64,000 bases of DNA, taken from the NCBI GenBank assembly GCA_036003325.1, contig DASYSM010000134.1, forward strand, positions 9,164-73,163, in the 5' to 3' direction. This document shows, in pieces, positions 1-8,624 of the stretch; the stretch's first letter is position 1, and each line of letters starts with the position of its first letter. The DNA is from Candidatus Limnocylindrales bacterium (GTDB taxonomy: Bacteria > Chloroflexota > Limnocylindria > Limnocylindrales > CSP1-4). The position numbers were made by a program, and so were the translations under genes. Under the pieces are notes generated by a model. The model was given only the letters and a program-made list of their open reading frames with translations. It was not told the origin of the DNA and made no database searches.

Positions 1-401
1 CCCTCGCCCTCTTCTCGGCAGGCGTCATCCCGGCCGTGGTCGTGCCGACCTGGGTCATCGTCCTGTCGGCCACGGCTCTGTCGTTCGGGACGGCGGTCGG
101 CGGCTGGCGGATCATGCGGACGATGGGCCAGCGTGTCGCCAAGCTCGAGCCGGTCCACGGCTTCGCCGCCGAGACGACCGCCGCCTCGATCCTGCTGACC
201 ACCGCCCACTTCGGGGCTCCGGTGTCGACGACCCAGGTCATCTCGGGCGCGATCATGGGCGTCGGGTCGAGCCAGGGCGTTCGTGGCGTCCGCTGGGGCG
301 TCGCCCGGAGGATCCTCGTCGCCTGGGTCCTGACCATCCCGGCGGCCGGTATCCTCGCTGCGATCGCCTGGGTCATCCTGAACGCCCTTGGAGCATCCTG
401 A
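1..401 (+). CDS. PiT-family inorganic phosphate transporter, C-terminal fragment (5' end outside window)
   Basis: Frame is open from the window edge to TGA at 399-401. Hydrophobic C-terminus with a PiT-like segment HGFAAETTAASILLTTAHFGAPVSTTQVISGAIMGVG. Confidence 0.85.
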   Translation, partial: LALFSAGVIPAVVVPTWVIVLSATALSFGTAVGGWRIMRTMGQRVAKLEPVHGFAAETTAASILLTTAHFGAPVSTTQVISGAIMGVGSSQGVRGVRWGVARRILVAWVLTIPAAGILAAIAWVILNALGAS

Positions 402-447
402 TCACCATGGACCCGAGCCCCGCCGCCACCCACCCGGAGGACCCACG

Positions 448-1065
448 ATGAGCTTCCGCCTGCTGCCGAAGGACCCCAAGTTCTTCGAGCTGTTCATCGC
501 CGACGGGGACAACCTGACCCAGGCCGCGGCGGCGCTCCATGAGCTCGTCGACCAGTACGACCGGCTCGAGGCCCGGGTGGCCACCATCCAGGCGCTCGAG
601 AAACGCGGTGACGAGATCGACCGCGAGATCAACCGCCGGCTCGAGGACGCCTTCGTCACCCCGTTCGATCGGGAGGACATCCACGAGCTCTCGGCGCGGC
701 TCGACGACGTGCTCGATGGGATCCAGTCGGTGGCCGAGATGTTCGTGATCTACGGCATCGAGCAGCCGACGGCGGAGTCACGCCGGCTCGCGGCGATCCT
801 CGACGGCCAGGGCAGCGAGCTCGCGGCGGCGCTCGGCAAGCTCGACGGCCTGAAGGACGTCGAGGACCATTTCGCCGCCATCCATGGGCTCGAGAAGGAA
901 GCCGACGGCGTGTCGCGCGCGGCGGTGGCGCGACTGTTCCGGGAGGACCTGGCGCCGATCGAGGTCATCAAGTGGCGCGACCTGTACAACGACCTCGAGA
1001 ACACCATCGATGCCGCCGAGGACGCGGCCGAGGCGATGGAGCGGATGTACCACAAGGCCAACTGA
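448..1065 (+). CDS. DUF47 / PhoU-like phosphate-transport accessory protein
   Basis: ATG at 448 preceded by GGAGG (436-440). MSFRLLPKDPKFFELF N-terminus and helical repeats are typical of the DUF47 (YkaA/PhoU_div) family that partners PiT transporters. Confidence 0.85.
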   Translation: MSFRLLPKDPKFFELFIADGDNLTQAAAALHELVDQYDRLEARVATIQALEKRGDEIDREINRRLEDAFVTPFDREDIHELSARLDDVLDGIQSVAEMFVIYGIEQPTAESRRLAAILDGQGSELAAALGKLDGLKDVEDHFAAIHGLEKEADGVSRAAVARLFREDLAPIEVIKWRDLYNDLENTIDAAEDAAEAMERMYHKAN

Positions 1066-1080
1066 CGGCCTGGCGCGGGC

Positions 1081-1776
1081 TCAGGCGGGCCGACGGAAGA
1101 CGTACCCCACGCCGCGGACCGTGTGGATGAACGCGGGGTTGCCGGGATCGCTCTCGATCCGGCTGCGCAACCAGTGGACGTGGACGTCGACCGTCCGGGT
1201 CTCGCCGCCGTAGTCGTAGCCCCAGACGTGCTCGAGCAGCTGGTCGCGGGTGAAGACCTGGCCCGGGTGACGGATGAGGAAGGCGAGCAGCTCGAACGCC
1301 TTGGGCTTGATCGGGACGACAGCGCCGTCGCGCAGCAGGCGATGACCGCCGAGATCGGCCTGGACGGGGCCGATGTCCACCACCGCCGGGGCGGCCTCGA
1401 CCGCCACGGCCTGGTCGGCCCGCCGGAAGATCGCCCGGATCCGTGCGCTCAGCTCGCGCAGGCTGAACGGCTTGGTCACGTAATCGTCGGCGCCGAGCTC
1501 GAGACCGACCACCTTGTCGAGCTCCGAATCCTTGGCCGTCAGCATCACGATCGGGACGCCCGATTCGGCGCGGATGATCCGGCAGACCTCGATCCCCGAC
1601 AGCTCGGGCAGCATCAGGTCGAGCAGGACGAGGTCCGGGCGTTCCGCGCGGAATCGGAGCAGCGCCTCGCGCCCGTCGGCGGCCGCCACGACCCGGAACC
1701 CGTCGGCTTCGAGCGCATCGACGAGCGCCTCGCGGAGAGTGGCCTCGTCATCGACGACCAGGACTGTTCGTGCCAT
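1081..1776 (-). CDS. OmpR/PhoB-family response regulator (receiver plus winged helix); no adjacent histidine kinase
   Basis: Receiver residues are present: VVDDE, LLDLMLP (phospho-Asp), MLTAK, VTKPF. C-terminal winged-helix segment VDVHVHWLRSRIE...IHTVRGVGY. Confidence 0.92.
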   Translation of the reverse strand: MARTVLVVDDEATLREALVDALEADGFRVVAAADGREALLRFRAERPDLVLLDLMLPELSGIEVCRIIRAESGVPIVMLTAKDSELDKVVGLELGADDYVTKPFSLRELSARIRAIFRRADQAVAVEAAPAVVDIGPVQADLGGHRLLRDGAVVPIKPKAFELLAFLIRHPGQVFTRDQLLEHVWGYDYGGETRTVDVHVHWLRSRIESDPGNPAFIHTVRGVGYVFRRPA

Positions 1777-1839
1777 CTCCGCTCAGGATACGGGCGCGTG
1801 TTAACGGCCCGTTCGTCCGTCGTGTTCGTTGTCGCTGGC

Positions 1840-1911
1840 GGCGGCGCAGACTCCTATGGCGGCGCAGGCTCCCATGGCGGCGCAGGCTCCCATGGCGGCG
1901 CGAACTCCCAT
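1840..1911. repeat. Tandem repeat, 4 x 18 bp (consensus ggcggcgcaggctcccat)
   Basis: Read directly: units at 1840-1857, 1858-1875, 1876-1893 and 1894-1911. The middle two are identical. Lies in the spacer upstream of the regulator start at 1776. Confidence 0.9.
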
Positions 1912-1997
1912 GGTCGATGCATGTGGACTGCATATCCCACGGCGGCCGTCGCCAAGGCCGCACCCCGCTGATGCAGTCCACGCGCATCACACGGACG

Positions 1998-2058
1998 GAT
2001 CGCCTCGGCGCGGGGCCGCCTCGGCGCGGATCGCCTCGGCGCGGTCCGCCTCGGCGCG
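1998..2058. repeat. Tandem repeat, 4 x 15-16 bp (core cgcctcggcgcg)
   Basis: gatcgcctcggcgcgg / ggccgcctcggcgcg / gatcgcctcggcgcg / gtccgcctcggcgcg, read directly just downstream of the SnoaL-like gene stop. Confidence 0.85.
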
Positions 2059-2065
2059 CGCGCCG

Positions 2066-2455
2066 TCAACTCGTCGGTCGCGCCGTCTCGGGCAGCTCCA
2101 TGTAGTACTCGACGAACTCGACGCAGCGGCCGTGGCCGTCGAACCGGAGCGCGAAATGGTTGTGGTACAGCGTCCGGAACGAGCCGTCGGGGTTCAGGTA
2201 GCGGCTTTCGCCGATGGCCGAGGCGCGCTCGCCGTCGAACGCCCACACGTCGTAATGGGCAGCCCACGATCCGGGGGCGTCCTTCTGCTCGGTCCAGCTG
2301 GCAACGATCGCATCGCGGCCGATGACCGGATCCGCCCACGGCTGGTAGCGATACTCCGCATCGTCCGCGAACAAGGCTCCGATCGCCTCCGCGTCATAGG
2401 TGTCCCAGGCCGCGATGTAGCGCTCGAGCCAGTGCTGGACGTCGTCGTGGGTCAT
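2066..2455 (-). CDS. SnoaL-like / NTF2-fold protein
   Basis: 129 aa. WLERYIAAWDTYDAEAIGALFADDAEY is an NTF2/SnoaL-type N-terminus. Its ATG overlaps the gltX stop (ATGA at 2452-2455). Paralog at 24271-24663. Confidence 0.75.
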   Translation of the reverse strand: MTHDDVQHWLERYIAAWDTYDAEAIGALFADDAEYRYQPWADPVIGRDAIVASWTEQKDAPGSWAAHYDVWAFDGERASAIGESRYLNPDGSFRTLYHNHFALRFDGHGRCVEFVEYYMELPETARPTS

Positions 2456-3954
2456 CTGGGCACACTCCCTTCCTGCAGTGCGGCGATGGCGCGGTCGAGC
2501 CGTTCGAGCGCCCGCTCCCGGCCGAGCGCGACGAGGGTATCGAACAGGGGCGGTGTCGCCGTCCGGCCGGTGACCGCGACCCGGATGGCCATGAACAGGT
2601 CACCGACCTTCCAGCCACGTGTCTCGGCCAGGGCGCGCAGCGGCGGCTCGAGCTCATCGGCCTCGAACGCGACCGCGCCGGTCTCGGCGATGACGGTGCG
2701 GGCCGCTCGGAGCGCCTCGCCGGCGGTCGCCTCATCCCACCGTTTGGGCACCAGCAGCGCCGGGTCGTAGGCGAGGTCGCGGACCCACAGGAAGCCGACC
2801 AGGTCGCCGATGGCGCCGAGCGTCGGAAGCCGCTCGGTGATCACCGGCAGCAGGGCGCGCAGCTCCTCATCCGTGGGCGCGATGTCGATGCGGCCGGCTG
2901 CCAGGTCGGCCTCGATGAACGGGCGCAGCCGGTCGACCAGATCGTCCGGGTCGAGCCGCCGGATCCACTGGCCGTTGAGCCATTCGAGCCGCTCGCGATC
3001 GAACACGGCGCCGCCCTTGTGGACGGCACTGAGGTCGAACCGCTCCGCGATCTCGTCGATCGACAGGACCTCTTCCTCGGTCCCGGTCGCCCAGCCGAGG
3101 AGTGCCAGGTAGTTGACCAGCGCCTCGCGGATGAAGCCCTCGGCGATGTAGTCGGACACCGCGGTCTGGCTCTTGCGCTTGCTCATCTTGGTCCGGTCGG
3201 GATTGAGGATGAGCGGCAGGTGTGCGAACTGCGGGACCGGGTGTTCGAGCGCGCGGTACAGCAGGATCTGCTTGGGCGTGTTCGACAGGTGGTCCTCGCC
3301 GCGGATCACGACACTGATGTCCATCGCGGCGTCATCGACGACCACGGTGAAGTTGTAGAGCGGCGTGCCATCGGCGCGGACGATGACGAAGTCGCCGCCG
3401 AGGTTCGACACGTCGATCTCGACCCGGCCGCGCACGATGTCGTCGAAGGCGACCACCCCGGACCCGACCCGGAAGCGGATGGCCGCCGTCCGGCCGTCGG
3501 CGACACGCGCGGCCCGCTCGTCGGCGGTGAGCGCTGCGCAGCGGCCGCTGTAGCGCGGCGGCTCCTTGGCCGCCTCCTGGGCCTTCCGGTCGGCGTCGAG
3601 CTCGTCGGGCGTGCAGTAGCACGGATAGGCGGCGTCGACGGCCAGCAGCCGCTCCGTGGCCTCCGCGTAGGACGGCAGCCTGAGCATCTGGCGATAGGGC
3701 GCGTACGGTCCACGGGCAGCCTCTCCGGCGACCTCCGGGCCCTCGTCCCAGTGCAGGCCGAGCCAATGCAGCCCGTCGAGGATGTCCTTCTCGTAGGCCA
3801 GCGAGCCGCGCGCCTGGTCGGTGTCCTCGAGGCGCAGGACGAACGTGCCGCCGGTGTGGCGGGCGTAGAGGTAGTTGAACAGGGCGGTCCGGGCGGTGCC
3901 GATATGCAGCGGTCCGGTCGGGCTCGGTGCGATCCGGACGCGGGGCGCCGTCAT
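2452..3954 (-). CDS. gltX: Glutamyl-tRNA synthetase
   Basis: HIGH motif (PLHIGTARTALFNY) and KMSKS motif (KMSKRK). ATG at 3954 overlaps the stop of the upstream dtxR-like gene (ATGA). The 154-aa upstream extension in the ORF track is Arg/Pro-rich and overlaps that gene. Confidence 0.95.
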   Translation of the reverse strand: MTAPRVRIAPSPTGPLHIGTARTALFNYLYARHTGGTFVLRLEDTDQARGSLAYEKDILDGLHWLGLHWDEGPEVAGEAARGPYAPYRQMLRLPSYAEATERLLAVDAAYPCYCTPDELDADRKAQEAAKEPPRYSGRCAALTADERAARVADGRTAAIRFRVGSGVVAFDDIVRGRVEIDVSNLGGDFVIVRADGTPLYNFTVVVDDAAMDISVVIRGEDHLSNTPKQILLYRALEHPVPQFAHLPLILNPDRTKMSKRKSQTAVSDYIAEGFIREALVNYLALLGWATGTEEEVLSIDEIAERFDLSAVHKGGAVFDRERLEWLNGQWIRRLDPDDLVDRLRPFIEADLAAGRIDIAPTDEELRALLPVITERLPTLGAIGDLVGFLWVRDLAYDPALLVPKRWDEATAGEALRAARTVIAETGAVAFEADELEPPLRALAETRGWKVGDLFMAIRVAVTGRTATPPLFDTLVALGRERALERLDRAIAALQEGSVPR

Positions 3955-4688
3955 CGCGGTGACGAGCTCGGGACCCGATGGAAGAGGGCCGGATCGGCCT
4001 CGCCCGGGAGGACCCGGACGAGCGCGGCCGGTCGCAGCCCGAGCGTCGCGCGGCCGCGCGGCCCGTCGAGCGTCAGCGAGTCGAGCGACTCGCTGCGGGC
4101 GAGGATCGTGACGTGGGCGCCGGGCGTCAGGGCACGGGCCTCCAGATACGACAGCAAACCGGCGTCCTCCTCGGCCTCCTCGGTGATCCGGTAGATCGTC
4201 GCGGCGGTGCCCGCCTCCATCTCGCTCAGCGGCGTCCCGGCGGGCCGCCGACGGGCGGTCTCCGCATCGATCGGGTTGCCATGCGGGCAGGTCTCGGGGT
4301 GGCCGAGCATCTCGTCGAGCCGAGCCTCGACGCGCGGCGAGATCGCGCCCTGGAGGCGCATCGCCTCGTCGTCCGATTCGGCCCAGCCGAGCCCGATGAC
4401 GGAGGTCAGCAGCCACTCCAACAGGGCGTGACGGCGGAAGATGCCATCCGCGGCGGCCCGGCCGGCCGGGGTGAGCCGGAGATCCCGGCCCTCCGCGTGC
4501 GCGACGAGCCCGTCGGCCAGGAGCCGCCGGAACATCTCGCTGGCGGCCTGGGTGGTCACGCCGAGGTGACGGGCGACCAGCGCGGCCGTCACCCGGTCGG
4601 CATCGTTCGAGCCGACCAGCACGCGCAGGGCAAGGAGATACTGCTGAGCGGCCTCCGACAGGTCGCGCTGGTCATGGCTCCGAGGCAT
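3951..4688 (-). CDS. DtxR/IdeR/MntR-family metal-dependent transcriptional regulator with C-terminal FeoA/SH3-like domain
   Basis: N-terminal wHTH (QYLLALRVL...VARHLGVTTQAASEMFRRLLADGLV), metal-site region (HPETCPHGNPI) and a C-terminal FeoA-like tail. Confidence 0.88.
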   Translation of the reverse strand: MPRSHDQRDLSEAAQQYLLALRVLVGSNDADRVTAALVARHLGVTTQAASEMFRRLLADGLVAHAEGRDLRLTPAGRAAADGIFRRHALLEWLLTSVIGLGWAESDDEAMRLQGAISPRVEARLDEMLGHPETCPHGNPIDAETARRRPAGTPLSEMEAGTAATIYRITEEAEEDAGLLSYLEARALTPGAHVTILARSESLDSLTLDGPRGRATLGLRPAALVRVLPGEADPALFHRVPSSSPR

Positions 4689-4692
4689 GACC

Positions 4693-6177
4693 TCAGGATA
4701 CGGGACGCGTCGGAGCCGGGACGGTGCCGAAGCGACGCCAGACCGCGACCGCGAGCCCGACCAGCCAGGCCACGACCAGCACGAACCCGAGGGCCGCGCG
4801 GCGCGAATCGCCGTCCGCGGCGGAGCCCGTGGCGGACAGGATCAGGGCGGCGATGAGCGACGCGCCGAGGACCGTCAGCGACGCCATCGTCGTCAGCGAC
4901 GCCAGCATCGGGACCGCCAGGAGGACCGCCAGCACGCCGAGCTGCAGCGCCAGGCCGATCGGCCCCGCCGATCCGTCACAGGTCGCCGCGAACCGGCCGC
5001 AGCCGGTCAGCTCGCCGATGAGCCAGCCGAAACCGAGCGCGATCGGCAGCCAGCCGATGACCGCCCGGGCGACGCGGCCGCGCGTGCCGCCATAGTGGGT
5101 GTCGGTGAGGGCGCGCCCGATGTCGGCGATCGCGCGCCCGAGGTCCGGCGGCGGCGTGTCGATCGGCGGTATCCGGTCGCGGCGGTCCGTGGGTCGGGAT
5201 CGAGCGTCGCCGGCGGCGTCGCCGGGGTCCGGGTCGACGTCGGGATCCGCGCCGCGACCCGTCGTCGAGTCCCACCAGGAGGTCGTCGTGTGCGTCGGGC
5301 GGGCTGCCGCCCCGAGAGGCTCGGCCGGTGCGGCGTCCGCCGGCGCGTCCGGACCCGCGACCGTCTCCCGGTCCGCGGCGATGCCCGGGTTCGGGGCACT
5401 CCCGGGAGGCCACGGCCGGGCCGCGCGACGGGCACGCGCCTGGTACTCGGGGCCGTGCTTGCGGGGGTCGGCATACTCCTTCGGATTGAGCGTCCAGTAG
5501 GTCCCGCTCGTCGTGCCATACCAGCTGGCGCCGCCCCAGTCGGGCTCGAACGGCCCGTCGACGCCGTCGTACGAGGTGGAGCCGAGGGTCGCCTTCTTCG
5601 GCGGGCGATCCGAGCGACGTCGCGAGCCACCGGTCGTCCCGCCAGCGTCGCCGGGCCGTGTCCCAGCCGTGCCACCCCCACTCGACCCTGACGCACCCGC
5701 GCCGCCGCTCCTCGCACCGCCGGCTCCCGCGGGCGGCGGGTTCGGACCGCGGGAGGTTCGCGTTCGGGTCGACCATGACGCCCTGCCGTCGTCGGGGCGG
5801 GCGTCGTTCGGGGCGCCCGGCCCGGGCGCAGCCGCGGGCCCGGCCCCAGGGGCTCGGCTCGACGACGGCCCGCCCGCCCCCGGCGCGGCAGGTCGCGGTC
5901 GGCTGCCGTACGCCCGCCGGGTGGCATCGGCCCGGGTCGGCTCGGCGTCCCACGGCCGACGTGGAGCAGACCCAGGCCGGCGGCCGGTCCCCGGCGGCTT
6001 GCCTTCGACGAGTTGCTCGTAGGCCGCCTGGATCGCCAGGAACCGCGGGAGAGCCGCTGCGCCGGCGGCATCGGGGTGGTTCGCCTTGGCCAGGCGTCGG
6101 TAGGCGCGCTTGACGTCGTCGATGGTCGCGCCGCGGGGTAGCCCGAGGGTTCGATACGGGTCAGCGTCGAGCGTCAC
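4693..6177 (-). CDS. Membrane-anchored J-domain (DnaJ-like) protein with long low-complexity linker
   Basis: J-domain DPYRTLGLPRGATIDDVKRAYRRLAKANHPD. GTG at 6177 with GGAGG 10 nt upstream. About 350 aa of Gly/Pro/Ala/Arg-rich linker and 3-4 C-terminal TM helices. Start chosen to avoid overlap with the asparaginase gene. Confidence 0.7.
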   Translation of the reverse strand: MTLDADPYRTLGLPRGATIDDVKRAYRRLAKANHPDAAGAAALPRFLAIQAAYEQLVEGKPPGTGRRPGSAPRRPWDAEPTRADATRRAYGSRPRPAAPGAGGPSSSRAPGAGPAAAPGPGAPNDARPDDGRASWSTRTRTSRGPNPPPAGAGGARSGGAGASGSSGGGTAGTRPGDAGGTTGGSRRRSDRPPKKATLGSTSYDGVDGPFEPDWGGASWYGTTSGTYWTLNPKEYADPRKHGPEYQARARRAARPWPPGSAPNPGIAADRETVAGPDAPADAAPAEPLGAAARPTHTTTSWWDSTTGRGADPDVDPDPGDAAGDARSRPTDRRDRIPPIDTPPPDLGRAIADIGRALTDTHYGGTRGRVARAVIGWLPIALGFGWLIGELTGCGRFAATCDGSAGPIGLALQLGVLAVLLAVPMLASLTTMASLTVLGASLIAALILSATGSAADGDSRRAALGFVLVVAWLVGLAVAVWRRFGTVPAPTRPVS

Positions 6178-6229
6178 GGCCGGCGAGCCTCCCTGGGGCT
6201 CGTCGCGGTCGCGCCGATGTCGGGCGTCA

Positions 6230-7306
6230 TCAGCCGATGAGCTCGCCCACGGGTGCGAGCTCGAACTCGGCGACCGTCTCGGCGCCGATGCGCCCGTGCG
6301 GGTCGAGCTGGGCCGGCCGGTGGTAGCGGGCCAGGTCGCGCAGCGCTCCGCCATCGAGCACGCCGGCCTGGCGGAGCGCCTCGACCGTGGCCGCCCACGT
6401 GCCTCGGTCGTAGCCGTCGCCGTCCTCGACCTTGATGGCCACGCCGGACGCGGACGCGACGCTCGTGCCGGTCCGCACGCCGGGCAGGATGGCGAGGCCG
6501 CGCAGGGCCTCCATCCCGCCCTTGCTGACCACCCGTCCGGGTGCGGCCTTCATGAGCGAGGTGTCGATCCGGTCATGCCGGCCGGCGACCATCTCGGGGT
6601 TGTCGAGCATCGCATCGCGGATCGTGGTGAGCGATGCCGCCAGAGCCGAGCGCGGATCGTCGGCGGGGACGGCGGCTGGATCGGCCAGCATCGCGAAGGT
6701 GCGGGCGACCTCGCGCAGGCGGAAGGCGTAGGTGTCGATGCCGCAGCCGTCGATCGCCGTCTGGAGCTTGAGCGGCGAGGTCCCGTATGCCGCGGCGACG
6801 GCCGCGCGGTAGGCGATCTGCGACGGGTGGCTCGACTTCCAGTAGTCGGTCGGGTCCCAGCCATTGAGCCGCGACAGCAGGAGGAAGACCGTGTGCTGAC
6901 CCGAGCACATGTGGCGCACCGGCCCGGCCTTCTCGCCGTCGCGGGCGAGCCGGGCCGCCGTCAGCTCATCGAGGGGGGCGCCCTCGGACCCGCAGGCGAG
7001 ACCCGCCTGGCTCACCCCCGACCGCCGGTAGAGGCCCTGGAGGGTCCGGACGTGGAGATCCTCGCCCGAATGCGAGCTGGCCATGATCGCGATCTCGGCC
7101 GGCTCGAGGTCGAACGCCTTGATGCCGCCGGCCTCGATCAGCGCCAGGAGACCGAACGGCTTGACCGTCGAGCGCAGGGTGACCACCCGGTCGGGGTCGC
7201 CGAGCTGGCGGATGATCCGGCCCGCGACGTCGGTCTCGACGATGTCGCCGCGATGGACGCTCTCCTCGATCCCGTTGCGCAGGTGACGGGCGAGGATCGG
7301 CGCCAC
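6230..7306 (-). CDS. L-asparaginase II family protein
   Basis: Motifs [30 protein letters not shown] and [13 protein letters not shown] match the asparaginase II family. The start (GTG 7306) is inferred from the usual N-terminal length and is uncertain. Confidence 0.75.
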   Translation of the reverse strand: MAPILARHLRNGIEESVHRGDIVETDVAGRIIRQLGDPDRVVTLRSTVKPFGLLALIEAGGIKAFDLEPAEIAIMASSHSGEDLHVRTLQGLYRRSGVSQAGLACGSEGAPLDELTAARLARDGEKAGPVRHMCSGQHTVFLLLSRLNGWDPTDYWKSSHPSQIAYRAAVAAAYGTSPLKLQTAIDGCGIDTYAFRLREVARTFAMLADPAAVPADDPRSALAASLTTIRDAMLDNPEMVAGRHDRIDTSLMKAAPGRVVSKGGMEALRGLAILPGVRTGTSVASASGVAIKVEDGDGYDRGTWAATVEALRQAGVLDGGALRDLARYHRPAQLDPHGRIGAETVAEFELAPVGELIG

Positions 7307-7466
7307 GGTCCGTCCGCGGGTCGTCGCGCGGCCCGAGGGACGCCCCGACCGAGGCTTGGCAGGTGCGGCTGATGCGGGCACGATCCGATCGATCTCCGTG
7401 GTCTGCTCAGGCTGCGAGCGCCTGGACCGCGAGGATACCGCGACGATTGCTAGGATGGGCGCCACG

Positions 7467-8117
7467 ATGTCGGTCCCCACGCTCCACGTCTCGCAGCACC
7501 CGGCCGTCCTGCACAAGCTCGCCATCCTGCGCGACGAGCGGACCGAGCCCAAGAAGTTCCGCGAGGTCGTCCGCGAGCTGTCGTGGCTGCTCGGCTACGA
7601 GGCGCTGGCCGACGTCCGCGTCCGGCCGCTCGAGATCCGGACACCGCTCGAGCCGATGACCGCCAGCGAGCTCGGCGAGCGGGTCGGGTTCGTGCCGATC
7701 CTGCGGGCTGGCCTCGGGATGGTCGACGCGATGCTCGAGCTGATGCCGACCGCGCAGGTCTGGCATCTCGGGCTGTTCCGCGACGAGCGCACGCTCCGCC
7801 CGGTCGAGTACTACAACAAGCTGCCCGATTCCGCGACCGTCGACCTGTGCCTGATCCTCGACCCGATGCTGGCGACCGGCGGGTCGGCGACGGCCGCCAT
7901 CGAGGTCCTCAAGAAGTGGGGCGCGGTCAAGCCGGTCCGGATCAAGCTGGTCAACCTCATCGCCGCGCCCGAGGGCGTCGAGGCCGTGTCGAGCGCCCAC
8001 CCCGACGTCGAGATCTACTGCGCCGCGCTCGACCGCTCACTCAACGAGAAGGGCTACATCCAGCCCGGCCTGGGCGACGCCGGCGACCGCCAGTTCGGGA
8101 CGGGCCACACGGGCTGA
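7467..8117 (+). CDS. upp: Uracil phosphoribosyltransferase
   Basis: [25 protein letters not shown], and PRPP-binding loop [16 protein letters not shown] at 7467; alternative ATG at 7455. Confidence 0.93.
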   Translation: MSVPTLHVSQHPAVLHKLAILRDERTEPKKFREVVRELSWLLGYEALADVRVRPLEIRTPLEPMTASELGERVGFVPILRAGLGMVDAMLELMPTAQVWHLGLFRDERTLRPVEYYNKLPDSATVDLCLILDPMLATGGSATAAIEVLKKWGAVKPVRIKLVNLIAAPEGVEAVSSAHPDVEIYCAALDRSLNEKGYIQPGLGDAGDRQFGTGHTG

Positions 8118-8197
8118 GGGAGCCGCGATCAGGCCTGTCTGCGACCGGAAGGCCGAGGTGCGCCGCTCATGTGAGCTCGATCGATGTTCGGGATGCT

Positions 8198-8224
8198 TGT
8201 CGGATACAGGCAGCCGTGTTCGTA
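8198..8224 (+). promoter_or_regulatory. Candidate ECF-type promoter upstream of the YciI/ECF sigma pair (TGTCGG-N17-CGTA)
   Basis: tgtcgg (8198-8203) and cgta (8221-8224) lie in the relatively AT-richer spacer about 55 nt upstream of the YciI start. Resemblance to ECF41/42-type promoters is from memory only. Confidence 0.25.
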
Positions 8225-8279
8225 GAAAGGGTGAGAGGCGGCGAGAAGGCCGCCACGCCACGCGAGGAGACGGTTCGAG

Positions 8280-8624
8280 ATGACGCGCTACCTGATCGCG
8301 TTCGATGACGGCGACATGGTCTTCCCGAGGGAGGAGCTGCCGGACGTCGCCAAGGCGGTGCGGGCCGTGAGACAAGACGGCCTACGAGCTGGCGTGTGGG
8401 TCTTCGCGGCCGGCCTGGAGCACCAGGTGCCGAGCGTGGTGGCCACGGACGGGACGGTCACCGACGGCCCGTACCCGGAGAGCAAGGAGCACATCGGCGG
8501 TTTCACGGTCGTCGACGTGCCTTCGCGCGAGGTCGCGCTCGAGTGGGCTGCCAAGATCGCCGCGGCCTGTCGGTGTGCGCAACAGGTGTTCGAGCTCCTG
8601 CCCGACGACGCCCACCGGGAGTGA
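8280..8624 (+). CDS. YciI-like (DGPF-domain) protein
   Basis: 114 aa. Contains DGPYPESKEHIGGFTVVDV, characteristic of YCII/DGPF proteins. Its stop overlaps the sigma-factor ATG by 1 nt (TGATG). Confidence 0.8.
   Translation: MTRYLIAFDDGDMVFPREELPDVAKAVRAVRQDGLRAGVWVFAAGLEHQVPSVVATDGTVTDGPYPESKEHIGGFTVVDVPSREVALEWAAKIAAACRCAQQVFELLPDDAHRE

Noticed and set aside
1829-2770. 313-aa plus-strand ORF translating the 18-bp repeats as (AAQAPM)n, considered as a repeat protein
   Set aside because: It overlaps the SnoaL-like gene and the gltX 3' end on the opposite strand, and the rest of the product is low complexity. The repeats are better explained as intergenic minisatellites.
3955-4416. 154-codon N-terminal extension of the gltX ORF (ORF track 2452-4416)
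   Set aside because: It is Arg/Pro/Asp-rich with no homology-like pattern, and it overlaps the well-supported DtxR-family gene in another frame. A canonical GluRS N-terminus begins at ATG 3954.
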